A DNA stretch of 64,000 nt from assembly GCA_031552185.1 (NCBI GenBank), contig JAVBMU010000024.1, forward strand, positions 185-64,184. The letters are read 5' to 3'. Origin of the DNA: Cellulomonadaceae bacterium (lineage in GTDB: Bacteria > Actinomycetota > Actinomycetes > Actinomycetales > Cellulomonadaceae). Made by a program: the position numbers and the translations under genes. The notes beneath the pieces are model-generated. The model saw only the letters and a program-made list of their open reading frames with translations, searched no databases and was not told where the DNA came from. This document shows positions 39,636 through 52,456 of this stretch, in pieces. How positions within the stretch are numbered: position 1 is the stretch's first letter; every line of letters begins with the position of its first letter.

Positions 39636-40288
39636 CGATCCACCTCCCTGTTCGTCGACCCGGCCGCGCCGGGCGGGGGCCGACCGTCGCGATCGGCGTC
39701 CGCGAGCAACCGGATCGCCACGGGTCGCACCCGGGCTTCCTCCGACCAGAGCGCGGCTCGCAGCCGCTGGCTGACCGCTTGCTCGCTGATCCCGAGTTCC
39801 TGCGCCACATCCTTCTGCCTGCCACCCACACGGTCGAGCGCGTCGACCGCGGCCCAGCCGCGGTCGGTGCGGCGGGCGATCACCGCGCCGAGCAGACTGA
39901 GCAGCGCCTCGACCTCCCCGCTGCGGTCCGGGTCCGCGCCGACGACGGCGATCGGCACCGCCCGGGTGCGGTTCTTGGCCCGCTCCACGGCCTCGCGCGC
40001 GAACACAAATGCCGCGCCGGACGCCTCCCGGGACGTCGGCGGCAGGGGCCGGTCGACGTCGCCGATGCCCAGGCCCACGCTCCAACCGCCCCGCCGCAGC
40101 AGGCCGAGGACCACCTCGACGACCGTCCCCGCGTCGTCGAACACGCCCTGGACCTCGTCCCCCACCGTGCGATCGAACGGAATGACGACGCCGGTTCCCT
40201 CTAGCCCCGGGGCGATGTCGGCCAGCAGCCCGGGCACCAGGTCGGCGCCCCGCCGGCTGTTCTGCTGGTCGACCGTCAGGACGAACAT
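39632..40288 (-). CDS. SatD-like putative regulator with a C-terminal sigma-70 region-4-like helix-turn-helix
   Basis: ORF 39632..40288. The N-terminal 'MFVLTVDQQNSRR' and 'TVGDEVQGVF' resemble the SatD-family pattern (..GD..SR.., ..GDEFQG..). C-terminal HTH 'QKDVAQELGISEQAVSQRL'. Confidence 0.6.
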   Translation of the reverse strand: MFVLTVDQQNSRRGADLVPGLLADIAPGLEGTGVVIPFDRTVGDEVQGVFDDAGTVVEVVLGLLRRGGWSVGLGIGDVDRPLPPTSREASGAAFVFAREAVERAKNRTRAVPIAVVGADPDRSGEVEALLSLLGAVIARRTDRGWAAVDALDRVGGRQKDVAQELGISEQAVSQRLRAALWSEEARVRPVAIRLLADADRDGRPPPGAAGSTNREVDR

Positions 40289-40347
40289 GAAACAAGGCTA
40301 CAGCCTGTAGATGCTGCTATCAAGCCAGAGAGCTTGATCCATCCGAA

Positions 40348-40800
40348 TCAAGCCTGGGTCGCCCGCCGGCCGGCGACGGCGATCAGCCCGAGCCGGTAGG
40401 ACTCCATCCCGAACCCGGCGATGGTGCCGGTCGCCACCGGCCCGATCACCGACGTGTGCCGGAACTCCTCGCGGGCCAGGGGGTTCGAGATGTGCACCTC
40501 GACCAGAACCAGCCCGGCGTCCGTCACCTGCGCCGCGGCGTCGCGCAGCGCGTAGGAGTAGTGCGTGAAGGCCGCGGGATTCAGCACCACGTGCGCGCCG
40601 TCGTCGACCGCCTCGTGCAGCCAGCCGACCAACTCCGCCTCGTCGTCGGTCTGCCGGACGACGACCTCCAGGCCGAGTTCGCCGCCCCACCTACCCGCCG
40701 CGGCCACGAGCGCCGGGTACGACGTCGACCCGTAGATTTCCGGTTCGCGCACGCCGAGCCGGCCGAGGTTGGGTCCATTGAGCAGCAGCACGCGCGTCAT
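40348..40800 (-). CDS. aroQ: Type II 3-dehydroquinate dehydratase
   Basis: Last 150 aa of ORF 40348..42474. 'VLLLNGPNLGRLGVREPEIYG', 'VLNPAAFTHYSYALRDA', 'EVHISNPLAREEFR'. Confidence 0.93.
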   Translation of the reverse strand: MTRVLLLNGPNLGRLGVREPEIYGSTSYPALVAAAGRWGGELGLEVVVRQTDDEAELVGWLHEAVDDGAHVVLNPAAFTHYSYALRDAAAQVTDAGLVLVEVHISNPLAREEFRHTSVIGPVATGTIAGFGMESYRLGLIAVAGRRATQA

Positions 40801-40863
40801 GGCGATCGAGCCTACCGGCCCACCATCGCCCCTGGTGCCGCGAACTGCACCTAGCATTGCGGC

Positions 40864-42261
40864 GTGACTGCAAACGCCCCCGCCGGCGCCGCGCCCCGCC
40901 GCCGGGCCCAGGTCCTGTCCTGGTCGCTGTGGGACTGGGGCGGGGCGGCGTTCAACGCGGTCGTCACCACCTTCGTCTTCACCCGGTGGATCACCAGCGA
41001 CGCCTTCGTCGAGGCGGGCCAGGACACCGACGCGGTGATTGCCGACCACACCGCCTGGGTGGGCTGGGGCCTGACGGCGGCCGGCGTCCTGATCGCCGTC
41101 CTCGCGCCGGCGCTCGGTGCCCTCGCGGACGCCTCCGGCCGGCGCAAGGGCTGGCTGGGCGCCAACACCGCGGCCTGCGTCGCGGCGATGGTCGCGATGT
41201 TCTTCGTCCAGCCGCGACCGGGTTCGATGTCGGACGCGGTGATCCTCGGCGTCGTGCTGTTGAGCTTGGGCAACGTGTTCTTCGAATTGGCGAGCGTCGC
41301 CTACAACGCGATGCTGCTGGACATCTCCACCCCGACCACCATCGGTCGGATCTCCGGCCTGGGCTGGGGCGCGGGCTACGTCGGCGGCATCGTGCTGTTG
41401 CTGACGCTGTTCGTCGGCTTCATCGACCCGGAGGTCGGCTGGTTCGGGGTGACCGCGGTGGACGGGATGAACATCCGGGTGTCGGTGCTCCTGTCCGCGG
41501 TGTGGTTCGCCGTCTTCGCGATTCCGGTGCTGACCGCCGTCGCCGAGCGGCCCCGACCGGCGCGGCCGGCGCGGATCGCCGGCGCGTACCGCACGCTCGC
41601 GCGCGACGTCGCCGCGCTCTGGCGCACCCGCCGGCCGGTCCTGTGGTACCTCGTCGCGAGCGCGGTGTACCGCGACGGGCTGGCGGGCGTGTTCACCTTC
41701 GGCGCGGTGATCGCCTCCGGCACGTTCGACTTCTCGGCGAGCGAAGTCATGATGTTCGCCGTCGCCGCCAACGTGATCGCGGGTGCGTGCACCATGGCGG
41801 CCGGTTGGCTCGACGACCGGATCGGCCCGCGCCGGGTGGTGATCGGCTCGCTGATCGGTCTGGTCGTCAGCGGCGGGGCGGTCTTCGCCCTGCACGACGC
41901 CGGCAAGACGGCCTTCTGGGGCTTCGGCCTGGCCTTGACGATGTTCGTCGGCCCGGCCCAGGCGGCGAGTCGCGCGCTGCTCGTGCGGCTCAGCGATGCG
42001 GATGCCCAGACCGAGGCGTTCGGCCTGTACGCGACGACGGGGCGGGCCGCGTCCTTCCTCGCGCCGCTCGCCTTCGCGACGCTCGTGACGGTGGCCGGGG
42101 CCCAGTACTGGGGCATCCTCGGCATTGTGTTCGTGCTCGCTCTGGGCCTGGGCCTGCTGCTGCTCGTCCGGTTCCCGACGGGGCGCGGGGTCGACGGCCG
42201 GCGCGACGTCGCAACGGCAGCGGGCGCCGACGTCGGCGCGGTCGCCGGGGCGGCGGCGTAG
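40864..42261 (+). CDS. MFS transporter (UMF1/Atg22-like family)
   Basis: ORF 40864..42261 (GTG start). About 12 hydrophobic segments. N-terminal 'LSWSLWDWGGAAFNAVVTTFVF' is typical of the UMF1 family. Confidence 0.8.
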   Translation: MTANAPAGAAPRRRAQVLSWSLWDWGGAAFNAVVTTFVFTRWITSDAFVEAGQDTDAVIADHTAWVGWGLTAAGVLIAVLAPALGALADASGRRKGWLGANTAACVAAMVAMFFVQPRPGSMSDAVILGVVLLSLGNVFFELASVAYNAMLLDISTPTTIGRISGLGWGAGYVGGIVLLLTLFVGFIDPEVGWFGVTAVDGMNIRVSVLLSAVWFAVFAIPVLTAVAERPRPARPARIAGAYRTLARDVAALWRTRRPVLWYLVASAVYRDGLAGVFTFGAVIASGTFDFSASEVMMFAVAANVIAGACTMAAGWLDDRIGPRRVVIGSLIGLVVSGGAVFALHDAGKTAFWGFGLALTMFVGPAQAASRALLVRLSDADAQTEAFGLYATTGRAASFLAPLAFATLVTVAGAQYWGILGIVFVLALGLGLLLLVRFPTGRGVDGRRDVATAAGADVGAVAGAAA

Positions 42262-42263
42262 CC

Positions 42264-43076
42264 GTGGCCGGGTCAGTCGGCGGGTTCCTCGCGGCGCCCT
42301 TCGCTGCGATGGCGCATCGCGGCTTCTCGCCGGAGGGGTTCGAGAACTCCGCGGCCGCGTTCGACGCGGCCCACCGGCTCGGTTACCACTACGTCGAGAC
42401 GGACGCCCACGCGACGGCCGACGGCGTCGCGGTGGCGTTGCACGACGCGAGCCTCGACCGGACCACGACCGCACGCGGCGCCGTCGGCGACCTGCCCTGG
42501 CAACGGGTCCGGGCGGCCCTGATCGGCGGCCGGGAGCCGGTGCCGGCGCTGGAGGACCTGTTGGGCGCGTGGCCCGACCTGCGCTGGAACATCGACGTCA
42601 AGGATCTCCGCGCGGCCGGTCCCGTCGCGGCCGCGATCGAGCGGACCGGCGCCCACGACCGGGTCTGCATCGCCTCGTTCGCGGCCGCCCGCCGGCGGGC
42701 CACGCTTGCCCGCCTGACCCGACCCGTGGTTTCCTCCGCCGCGCCCGCGGCCGTGGCGGCGGTCGTCGCGGCAACCGCCGGCCGGGCGGGCGCCGCGGAT
42801 CCCTCGATCCGTCCCGACTCGCCGGCGGTGCGGGCAGTACGCCGAGCGCTGCGCGAGGTGGACTGCCTGCAAATCCCCGAACGCTACGGCGTCGTGCCGG
42901 TCATCACGCGCCGCTTCGTCGCGGCCGTCCACGCCGCGGGCCGCAAGGTGCACGTGTGGACGATCAACGATGCCGGCGCCATGCGGCGGCTGATCGACGC
43001 GGGTGTGGACGGCATCGTCACCGACCGCGCGGACGTGCTGCGCGACGTCCTGCGGGAGCGCGGACGCTGGGACTGA
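42264..43076 (+). CDS. Glycerophosphodiester phosphodiesterase family protein
   Basis: Last 270 aa of ORF 40857..43076. 'MAHRGF', 'VETDAHATADGVAVALHD', 'VHVWTIND', 'GVDGIVTD'. Start at GTG 42264, 2 nt after the MFS stop. An alternative ATG lies at 42309. Confidence 0.8.
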   Translation: MAGSVGGFLAAPFAAMAHRGFSPEGFENSAAAFDAAHRLGYHYVETDAHATADGVAVALHDASLDRTTTARGAVGDLPWQRVRAALIGGREPVPALEDLLGAWPDLRWNIDVKDLRAAGPVAAAIERTGAHDRVCIASFAAARRRATLARLTRPVVSSAAPAAVAAVVAATAGRAGAADPSIRPDSPAVRAVRRALREVDCLQIPERYGVVPVITRRFVAAVHAAGRKVHVWTINDAGAMRRLIDAGVDGIVTDRADVLRDVLRERGRWD

Positions 43077-43104
43077 GCCGCGAGGGCTGCATCGACCTCG
43101 CGCG

Positions 43105-44238
43105 TTACGCCTCCGGGTCCGTTGCGATCTGACCATACGCGGCGACCAGCAGGGTCGGGTCGGGCCCCTCCAGCCGCGACGGCCTGCCGATGCCATCCAG
43201 GACGACGAACCGCAGCAGGTCGCCCCGGGTCTTCTTGTCCCGGCGCATCCCGGTCAGAAGCTGGTCCCATCGGTCGCCGCGGTAGCTCGTCGGCAGCCCG
43301 ACGGCGCCCAGGATGGCCCGGTGCCGCGCGACGGCGTCGTCGTCCAGCTTGCCGGCCAGCCGGGCGAGCTCGGCGGCGAACACCATGCCGACCGACACCG
43401 CCGCGCCGTGCCGCCAGCGATACCGCTCCGCGAGTTCGACGGCATGTCCGAAAGTGTGACCGTAGTTGAGGATCTCCCGTGGGCCGGACTCCCTCAGGTC
43501 CGCGGACACGACCCGGGCCTTGACCGCGACCGATCGCTCGATCAGCTCGGCGACGACGGCCCACGTCTGCGGGGCCACCGGCTCGGTGCCCCACGCGCCG
43601 AGCCGGGCGGCGTCGGCCTCGACCAGGTCGAGGATGGCGGGGTCGGCGATGAACCCGGTCTTGATCACCTCGCCCAACCCGGCGACGAAATCCCAGCGCG
43701 GCAACGACTCCAGGGCGGCGACGTCACACACCACCCCAGCCGGCGGGTAGAACGCGCCGACCAGGTTCTTGCCCTCGGCCGTGTTGATCCCGGTCTTACC
43801 GCCGACGGCGGCGTCGACCATTCCCACCAGGCTCGTCGCCACCTGGACCACCCGGATGCCCCGGAGCCACGTGGCGGCGACGAAGCCGCCGAGATCGGTC
43901 GTCGCCCCGCCCCCGACGGCGACGATCGCGTCAGTGCGGGTGAAGCCGGCCTGGCCGAGGACGCCCCACAGAAACGCGGTGACCTGGGCGGTCTTCTGGT
44001 CCTCGGCGTCGGGGACCTCCGCGAGGTAGGTGTCGTAGCCGGCCTCGGCCAGGTCCGCGCGGATCGCCTCGGCGGTCGCGCCGAGGGTCGCCGGGTGGAT
44101 GAGCAGCACCCGGCGGGCCCGCTCCCCCACCATCGGCGCGATCTCGCCCAGCAGCCCGCGCCCAACGACGACGTCGTACGGCTGATCGCCGTGCACGGTG
44201 ATTCGAACGGGGTCGGCGGCGGGGTGCGACTGCGTCAT
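43105..44238 (-). CDS. aroB: 3-dehydroquinate synthase
   Basis: ORF 43105..44238. 'AVGGGATTDLGGFVAATWLRGI', 'DAAVGGKTGIN', 'LNYGHTFGHA'. Confidence 0.95.
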   Translation of the reverse strand: MTQSHPAADPVRITVHGDQPYDVVVGRGLLGEIAPMVGERARRVLLIHPATLGATAEAIRADLAEAGYDTYLAEVPDAEDQKTAQVTAFLWGVLGQAGFTRTDAIVAVGGGATTDLGGFVAATWLRGIRVVQVATSLVGMVDAAVGGKTGINTAEGKNLVGAFYPPAGVVCDVAALESLPRWDFVAGLGEVIKTGFIADPAILDLVEADAARLGAWGTEPVAPQTWAVVAELIERSVAVKARVVSADLRESGPREILNYGHTFGHAVELAERYRWRHGAAVSVGMVFAAELARLAGKLDDDAVARHRAILGAVGLPTSYRGDRWDQLLTGMRRDKKTRGDLLRFVVLDGIGRPSRLEGPDPTLLVAAYGQIATDPEA

Positions 44239-44843
44239 CAGGCGTCCTGGGGGTTGGTCCGAGCGGCGGCTTCGTGGGGTTGGGCCGGCTCCTGCGGTGG
44301 GGCCGGCTCCTGCGGTGGGGCAGCGCCAAGTGCGCTCGCGATGGCCTCGGCGACTTCGGCCGGGGCGCGATCGTCGGTGCCGACCCGCACCGTCGCAACG
44401 CGCTCATAGATCGGCCGCCGCGCCTCCATCAGCGCCTGCCAGCGGGCCCGCGGGTTGCCGAGGAGCAGCGGGCGAGCCTGGTTGAAGCCGACCCGCGGGG
44501 CGGCCGCCGCGAGGCTCACGTCGAGGAAGACTACTTGGCCGCCGCCGGCGGCGTAGGCAGCCAACGCCTGCTGCGTGGCGGGATCGAGCACCGCCCCGCC
44601 GCCGAGGGCGAGCACGCCGCCGTGCGAGCCGAGCGCGCCCGCGACCGCGGCCCGCTCCAGCGCCCGGAAGGCGTCCTCGCCGTCGTCGATGAAGATGTCG
44701 GAGATCGGCTTCCCGACCCGGGCCTCGACGTCGTCGTCCGTGTCGCGGGCGGTCACGCCCAGCCGGGCCGCGAGCAACGTGGCGACGGTCGACTTGCCCG
44801 CGCCGGGCGGACCGATCAGGACCGCCACGGGCTGTGCGGTCAT
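44238..44843 (-). CDS. aroK: Shikimate kinase
   Basis: ORF 44238..44843. P-loop '[12 protein letters not shown]', 'DTDDDVE', 'ALGGGAV'. The C-terminal tail contains '[13 protein letters not shown]'. Confidence 0.92.
   Translation of the reverse strand: MTAQPVAVLIGPPGAGKSTVATLLAARLGVTARDTDDDVEARVGKPISDIFIDDGEDAFRALERAAVAGALGSHGGVLALGGGAVLDPATQQALAAYAAGGGQVVFLDVSLAAAAPRVGFNQARPLLLGNPRARWQALMEARRPIYERVATVRVGTDDRAPAEVAEAIASALGAAPPQEPAPPQEPAQPHEAAARTNPQDA
44283..44318 (-). repeat. 18-bp x2 in-frame tandem repeat (PPQEPA x2) in the aroK 3' tail
   Basis: GGCCGGCTCCTGCGGTGG x2, read at 44283-44318. Confidence 0.85.
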
Positions 44844-46054
44844 TGCAGCAGCTCCGGCACGGCCGCGGCAGCGGCCTGCGCATTGCGCCGCACCTCGCCG
44901 ACGGAGTCGCCGCCGAACTTCTCCAGTGCCGCCTCGGCCAGGATGAGGGCGACCATCGCCTCCGCGACCACCGCGGCAGGCGGCACGGCGCAGACGTCCG
45001 AGCGCTGATGCTGGGCGAGGGCCGGCTCGCCCGTCGCGACGTCCACCGTGGCGAGCGCCCGCGGGACAGTCGAGATCGGCTTCATCGCGGCTCTGACTCG
45101 CAGCACCTCACCGTTCGACATGCCGCCTTCGACGCCGCCGGCCCGGTTCGTGCGGCGGACCAGTTTGCCATCGACCCGCTCGATCTCGTCGTGGGCCTGC
45201 GAGCCGCGGCGCCGGGCCGTGCGGAAGCCGTCGCCCACCTCGACGCCCTTGATCGCCTGGATGCCCATCAGCGCACCGGCGAGGCGGGCATCGAGCCGGC
45301 GGTCGGACTGGGCGTAGGTGCCTAGCCCGGCGGGCACCCCGTAGGCCAGCACCTCGACGACGCCGCCGAGGGTGTCGCCGTCCTTGTGGCAGCGATCGAT
45401 CTCGGCGACCATCTGCTGCCCCGCGACCGGATCGAAACACCGCACGGGGTCGGCGTCCAGCGCGGCGACATCGTCCGGGCCCGGCACCGGGCCGCCGTCG
45501 GGCACCTCGACCGGCCCGATCGCGACCACGTGGGACACGAGCCGAACGCCGAGCGCCTGGCCGAGGAACGCCTCCGCGGCGGCGCCGAGCGCGACCCGGG
45601 CCGCGGTCTCGCGGGCCGAGGCCCGTTCCAGGACCGGCCGGGTTTCCTCGAAGCCGTACTTGCGCATCCCGACCAGGTCCGCGTGCCCCGGCCGTGGGCG
45701 GGTCAGCGGCCGATTGCGGGCGATCTCGCGGGCGTCACCGGTGCCTGCGTCGGTCTCCAGCGCCGCCGGCGGAACGGGGTCGGCCGCCATCACATCGACC
45801 CATTTGGGCCATTCGCTGTTCGCGATCTCGATTGCCAGCGGCCCGCCCTGTGTCACGCCGTGCCGCAGCCCGCCGAGCACCCGGACCTCGTCCTGCTCGA
45901 AGCCCATCCGCGCGCCTCTGCCGTAGCCCAACCGACGGCGGGCCAGGGCCGCGCGCACATCGTCCGTGACGAGGTGGACGCCGGCCGGCAGCCCGTCCAG
46001 GATGCCGACCAGCGCCGGACCATGGGACTCCCCGGAGGTCAACCAGCGCAACAT
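44840..46054 (-). CDS. aroC: Chorismate synthase
   Basis: ORF 44840..46063. Start set at the second ATG (46054, '[12 protein letters not shown]') because GAGGA lies at a suitable distance. 'GGMSNGE'. Confidence 0.95.
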   Translation of the reverse strand: MLRWLTSGESHGPALVGILDGLPAGVHLVTDDVRAALARRRLGYGRGARMGFEQDEVRVLGGLRHGVTQGGPLAIEIANSEWPKWVDVMAADPVPPAALETDAGTGDAREIARNRPLTRPRPGHADLVGMRKYGFEETRPVLERASARETAARVALGAAAEAFLGQALGVRLVSHVVAIGPVEVPDGGPVPGPDDVAALDADPVRCFDPVAGQQMVAEIDRCHKDGDTLGGVVEVLAYGVPAGLGTYAQSDRRLDARLAGALMGIQAIKGVEVGDGFRTARRRGSQAHDEIERVDGKLVRRTNRAGGVEGGMSNGEVLRVRAAMKPISTVPRALATVDVATGEPALAQHQRSDVCAVPPAAVVAEAMVALILAEAALEKFGGDSVGEVRRNAQAAAAAVPELLQ

Positions 46055-46262
46055 GGCGCCCATCCTCGCACGCCGGCCGCCCGTCGCACCGGCGCGTCCC
46101 CGCGACGAGCAAGTACCAGGCGCGCCGAGGAAAGACCAGCGCGCCGAGGAAGTAGAGATTCGCGGCGCCTACACCTTGCACATCGGGCGAGCCCGGACCA
46201 GAACACGCGCCGGCTGTGGATGACGACCTCGCCCCGCCGGCCCGCGGACCTACCGTCGCGCC

Positions 46263-46907
46263 ATGACCTCTCGCGCCATGACGCCCGCGACTCGCTTCCG
46301 CACCGACCTCGCGGCCGAACTGGCGGCCACCTCCCGCCCGGCGCGCGCCGCCGCGATGGTCGCCGCCCTGCTCGTGGCCTGGGTTCGCCGGGACCGGCCC
46401 GACGCCGCCGCGTTCGCCCTGGTGGTCGCAGGGGTCGGGACACTTGCCGCCTGGATCGACGCCCGCAGCTTTCGGCTGCCCGACGTCCTGGTGGTCCCGA
46501 CCATCCCCGCCGCGCTGGGCCTGCTCGGGGTCGCCGCCTGGGCGACCTCGGACTGGCCCGCGCTGGGCCGGGCGGCGGCAGGGGCGGCGGGTGCCGCGGC
46601 GGTCCTCCTCGCCCTGGTGGTGGCCCGGCCCGGCGCCCTCGGGTGGGGCGACGTGAAATTCGTCGCGCTCCTCGGCGTGCCGGGCGCCTGGGTCGGCGCC
46701 GCGGTACCTGCCGCCGGCGCCCTCCTCGCCATGGCCCTCGCCGCCGCGGGCGCTCTCACGTGGCAGGTCGCAGCCGGCTGGAACCGCGGGCGGCCGGCCC
46801 GGGCGGGACCCGGCGGATGCCTGCTGCGCTCGACCGCGATCCCGCTGGGGCCATTCCTCCTGCTCGGGTGGGTGGCGACGGCCGTGCCGAGCACAGCTAC
46901 GCCGTAG
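46263..46907 (+). CDS. A24-family prepilin (type IV leader) peptidase-like membrane protein
   Basis: ORF 46263..46907. The two catalytic-Asp contexts 'IDARSFRLPD' and 'GWGDVKF', plus multiple TM segments. Confidence 0.7.
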   Translation: MTSRAMTPATRFRTDLAAELAATSRPARAAAMVAALLVAWVRRDRPDAAAFALVVAGVGTLAAWIDARSFRLPDVLVVPTIPAALGLLGVAAWATSDWPALGRAAAGAAGAAAVLLALVVARPGALGWGDVKFVALLGVPGAWVGAAVPAAGALLAMALAAAGALTWQVAAGWNRGRPARAGPGGCLLRSTAIPLGPFLLLGWVATAVPSTATP

Positions 46908-46976
46908 GCACCCCGGTGAACGCCGGGCACCGGCACCGAGATCGAAGCGCCCGGGCGACCGGCGAAGCGAGGAAGG

Positions 46977-47834
46977 TCAGGCGGCGGCCGCGCCCAAGGC
47001 CTCTTCGAGGGCGGCGTCCATCTCGGGCACCGGCGCCGGCAGGCCGGTCATCAGGCGAACCTGCTCGGCGGCTTGATGCAGCAGCATTCGCTCCCCGCCC
47101 ACCACGGCTCCCCCGGCGCGCGCCCAGGCCGCCGACAGCGCAGTCGGCCGGGGGTCGTAGGCAACGTCGAGCAGCACCCCCGCGGGCCGCCGACCGACCA
47201 ACTCGGCCGCCAGCGCGTCGGCGGCGTGGGCCGGCAGCGCGCACACCACCACCTCGACCGAACACATCGCGTCCGCCGTCTGGTCGAGCCGTTCCATCGG
47301 CCGGAAGACAGGCGCCACCCCCATCTGGTGCGCCGCCCGCCGGAACCGGGCGGTCCGCCCGATGTCCCGGGCGAGCACGGTCGGCGTCGAGCATCCCAGT
47401 TGGGCGAGCCCGGCCAGCGCCGATGCGGCCGTGGCCCCCGCGCCGACGATCGCCGCCGTCGCCACGGAGTGCTCGGCGGGCACGACCTCCCGCAGCGCGG
47501 CGACCAGCCCGTACACGTCCGTATTCGCCCCGACCAAGGTCCGGTGGGCACCGGCGACGGCGTTGACCAGCACTGTGTTGACCGCGCCGACCACGTCGGC
47601 CAGCGGCTCGACGTGGTCCAGCAGCGGGATCACGTCCTGCTTGAGCGGCATCGTGAGGCTGAGGCCCGCCCAGGACTCATCCAGCGCCGCGATGAACGCG
47701 GGCAGCTCCGGCACCGTCAGGTCGATCGCCGTGTACTCCCAGTCGAGCCCGAGCCCGCGGTAAGCAGCGCGGTGCAACACGGGCGACAACGAGTGGGCGA
47801 TGGGATGCCCGAGAACCGCTGCCCGACGCTCCAT
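46977..47834 (-). CDS. aroE: Shikimate dehydrogenase
   Basis: ORF 46977..47834. 'VLGHPIAHSLSPVLH', 'LSLTMPLK', 'NTD', 'VGAGATA'. Confidence 0.9.
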   Translation of the reverse strand: MERRAAVLGHPIAHSLSPVLHRAAYRGLGLDWEYTAIDLTVPELPAFIAALDESWAGLSLTMPLKQDVIPLLDHVEPLADVVGAVNTVLVNAVAGAHRTLVGANTDVYGLVAALREVVPAEHSVATAAIVGAGATAASALAGLAQLGCSTPTVLARDIGRTARFRRAAHQMGVAPVFRPMERLDQTADAMCSVEVVVCALPAHAADALAAELVGRRPAGVLLDVAYDPRPTALSAAWARAGGAVVGGERMLLHQAAEQVRLMTGLPAPVPEMDAALEEALGAAAA

Positions 47835-47835
47835 T

Positions 47836-48987
47836 TCAGCCTCCGTGAGCCGCCCGCCAATCCTTCAGCAGTGCTTCGTTCTGGCGCCGCTCGGCGTCAT
47901 CGACCGCGAACCGGGTTTCCTTGGTCTCCAGGTTGACGGTGGTCCAGAACATCCATTCGCCCTCGGCCGGGCGCATGACCGCGTCGATCGACGCCTTGGA
48001 CGGCGAGGCGATCGGCGTCGGCGGCAGTCCCTTGCGCTCGTACAGCGAGTACGGGTTCGCCAGATCGTGGTTCTCCGCGATCGTCAGCTTTCCGGTGGTC
48101 CCAGTGACCTTGCGCCCGTACAGCGTCGACGCATCGATCCCCAGCGGCCAGTCCCGCTCCATCCGGTTGGCAATCACCCGGGCCATCTTCGGCCGGTCCG
48201 CGGGCCGCCCCGCCTCGCGCTCGATCAGCGACGCGATCTTCAGGACCTCCTGCCGCTTGGCGGGCGGGACGCCGGCGGCGTCCAGGACGTTGATCGTCTG
48301 GCCGATCATCGCCGACAACATGCTCGTCGCGGTCTCGTCCGGCTCAAAGACGTAGGTCGTCGCGTACAGCCAACCCTCGGCCTGTCCGCCGGCCTCGGCC
48401 GGCAGCCCGATCGAGGCCGGCGTCGCCAACGCCTGCTCGAACTCGGCCACGGGAGTGCCCACGATCGAGGAGGTCTTCTCCAGGATCTGGGCGACGGTTT
48501 GCCCCTCGACAATGGTGACCTTGTATTCGACTCGACCCGTGTTGGCCGCCAGCCGGGCGACGGCGTCGGCGGCCTTCATCTCGGTGAGCATCTGGTACGT
48601 GCCGGGCTGGATCCGGCTCGCGCTCGGGTTCGCCTTGAAGGCGTCGACGAAGGCGCGCACGCTCGCCACCACATTCGCCTTGACCAGCTCCTGCCCCATG
48701 GTTTGCCCGGACGCGCCCTCTTCGACGGTCACCTCGACCTCGGTGCGGCCGGGGCCCGGATAGTCCTTCGCCGCGAACCCCGGGTTGTCGATGCCGAAGA
48801 GCGTCTCCGCCTTCATGACGCCCCACGTCCCCACCCCGCCGAGCACCAGGAAGGCGACGACGACGACGGCTGTGGTCCGCCGCCGACGGCGGCGCCGTTT
48901 CGCGGCGGCGCGGCGCTCACGCTGCGCCGCCCGCGACTGACGGGCGGGGCCGGCCACGAGGGCCGGCCGGTCGAAGAGGTCGGTCAC
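47836..48987 (-). CDS. mltG: Endolytic murein transglycosylase MltG (YceG-like)
   Basis: ORF 47836..48987. N-terminal TM, 'LKIASLIEREA', 'VIANRM', 'NPYSLYERKGLPPTPIASP'. The GTG start overlaps the ruvX stop. Confidence 0.88.
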   Translation of the reverse strand: MTDLFDRPALVAGPARQSRAAQRERRAAAKRRRRRRRTTAVVVVAFLVLGGVGTWGVMKAETLFGIDNPGFAAKDYPGPGRTEVEVTVEEGASGQTMGQELVKANVVASVRAFVDAFKANPSASRIQPGTYQMLTEMKAADAVARLAANTGRVEYKVTIVEGQTVAQILEKTSSIVGTPVAEFEQALATPASIGLPAEAGGQAEGWLYATTYVFEPDETATSMLSAMIGQTINVLDAAGVPPAKRQEVLKIASLIEREAGRPADRPKMARVIANRMERDWPLGIDASTLYGRKVTGTTGKLTIAENHDLANPYSLYERKGLPPTPIASPSKASIDAVMRPAEGEWMFWTTVNLETKETRFAVDDAERRQNEALLKDWRAAHGG

Positions 48988-49633
48988 GAGACTCCCGGGT
49001 GATCCAATCGGTCGTGCTCTGGGTCAGCTCCCAACCGTTCCTTCGGTCGGTAGCGAGGTACCGCAACGGGCGCACCCACCCGCGCGTCCGCGGCCCGCTC
49101 CGCGTCGAGTGCGCCCTGCAGCACGATGACCGCCGCGACCTGGTCGACCACGGGCCGATGCTTGCGTCCCGCCCGCCCCGCGTCGCGCAGCGCGCGATGG
49201 GCGGCGACGGAGGTCATCCGCTCGTCCACGAGTCGAACATCGACAGGCGCGATCACGCGTGCCACTGTCCCAGCGTACGCGCGCGCGTCACGTGCTGCCG
49301 AGCCCTCGGCGCCCGACAAGTGCCGGGGCAACCCGATGTACACGACCTTTGCACCACGCTCACGCACTTCCGCCGCGATTCGCCGGATATCTGCTGGCGC
49401 ATCGGACAGGATTTCACCCTCCGCCAGATTGGGCGTGTCGGGCTGATTCTGGAGTTTTGGGGACATTCGGGGTCGTCGACCGAGGTCCCGGGCGAGCGTC
49501 TCGACCGGGGTGGCGATCAGCCCGTCCGGGTCGCTGGCCGCCAGACCGACCCGGGCCAGGCCGACGTCCACGCCCAGCCGCGGCCCGCGCGGCAGGCCGG
49601 ACCCGGCGGGCGCCCCGCCCGCGTCGGAGTCGG

Positions 49634-49637
<4 letters not shown>
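48984..49637 (-). CDS. ruvX: Holliday-junction resolvase-like RuvX/YqgF
   Basis: Last 217 aa of ORF 48984..50282. '[17 protein letters not shown]', '[11 protein letters not shown]', 'VDERMTS', '[11 protein letters not shown]'. The GTG at 49637 overlaps the alaS stop. Confidence 0.85.
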
Positions 49638-52327
<2,690 letters not shown>

Positions 52328-52456
52328 GGTGTCCTTCGCAGCAGTGACGTCGGGTGCCGGGCCGGGCCCGGCCGAAAAGTGCGGTGCGCCGAGTCGGCGC
52401 GAGGGCGCCGTCGGCCCGTCCGGCGCCCGGGGACGCCGAGGGACCCGAGCGCGTCC

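Noticed and set aside
126-44318. Whether any of the tandem repeats (126, 2255, 3125, 12160, 27034, 33359, 39096, 44283) form a CRISPR array
   Set aside because: The units are contiguous with no spacers, are 12-57 bp long, and are mostly in frame inside genes. No cas genes are present.
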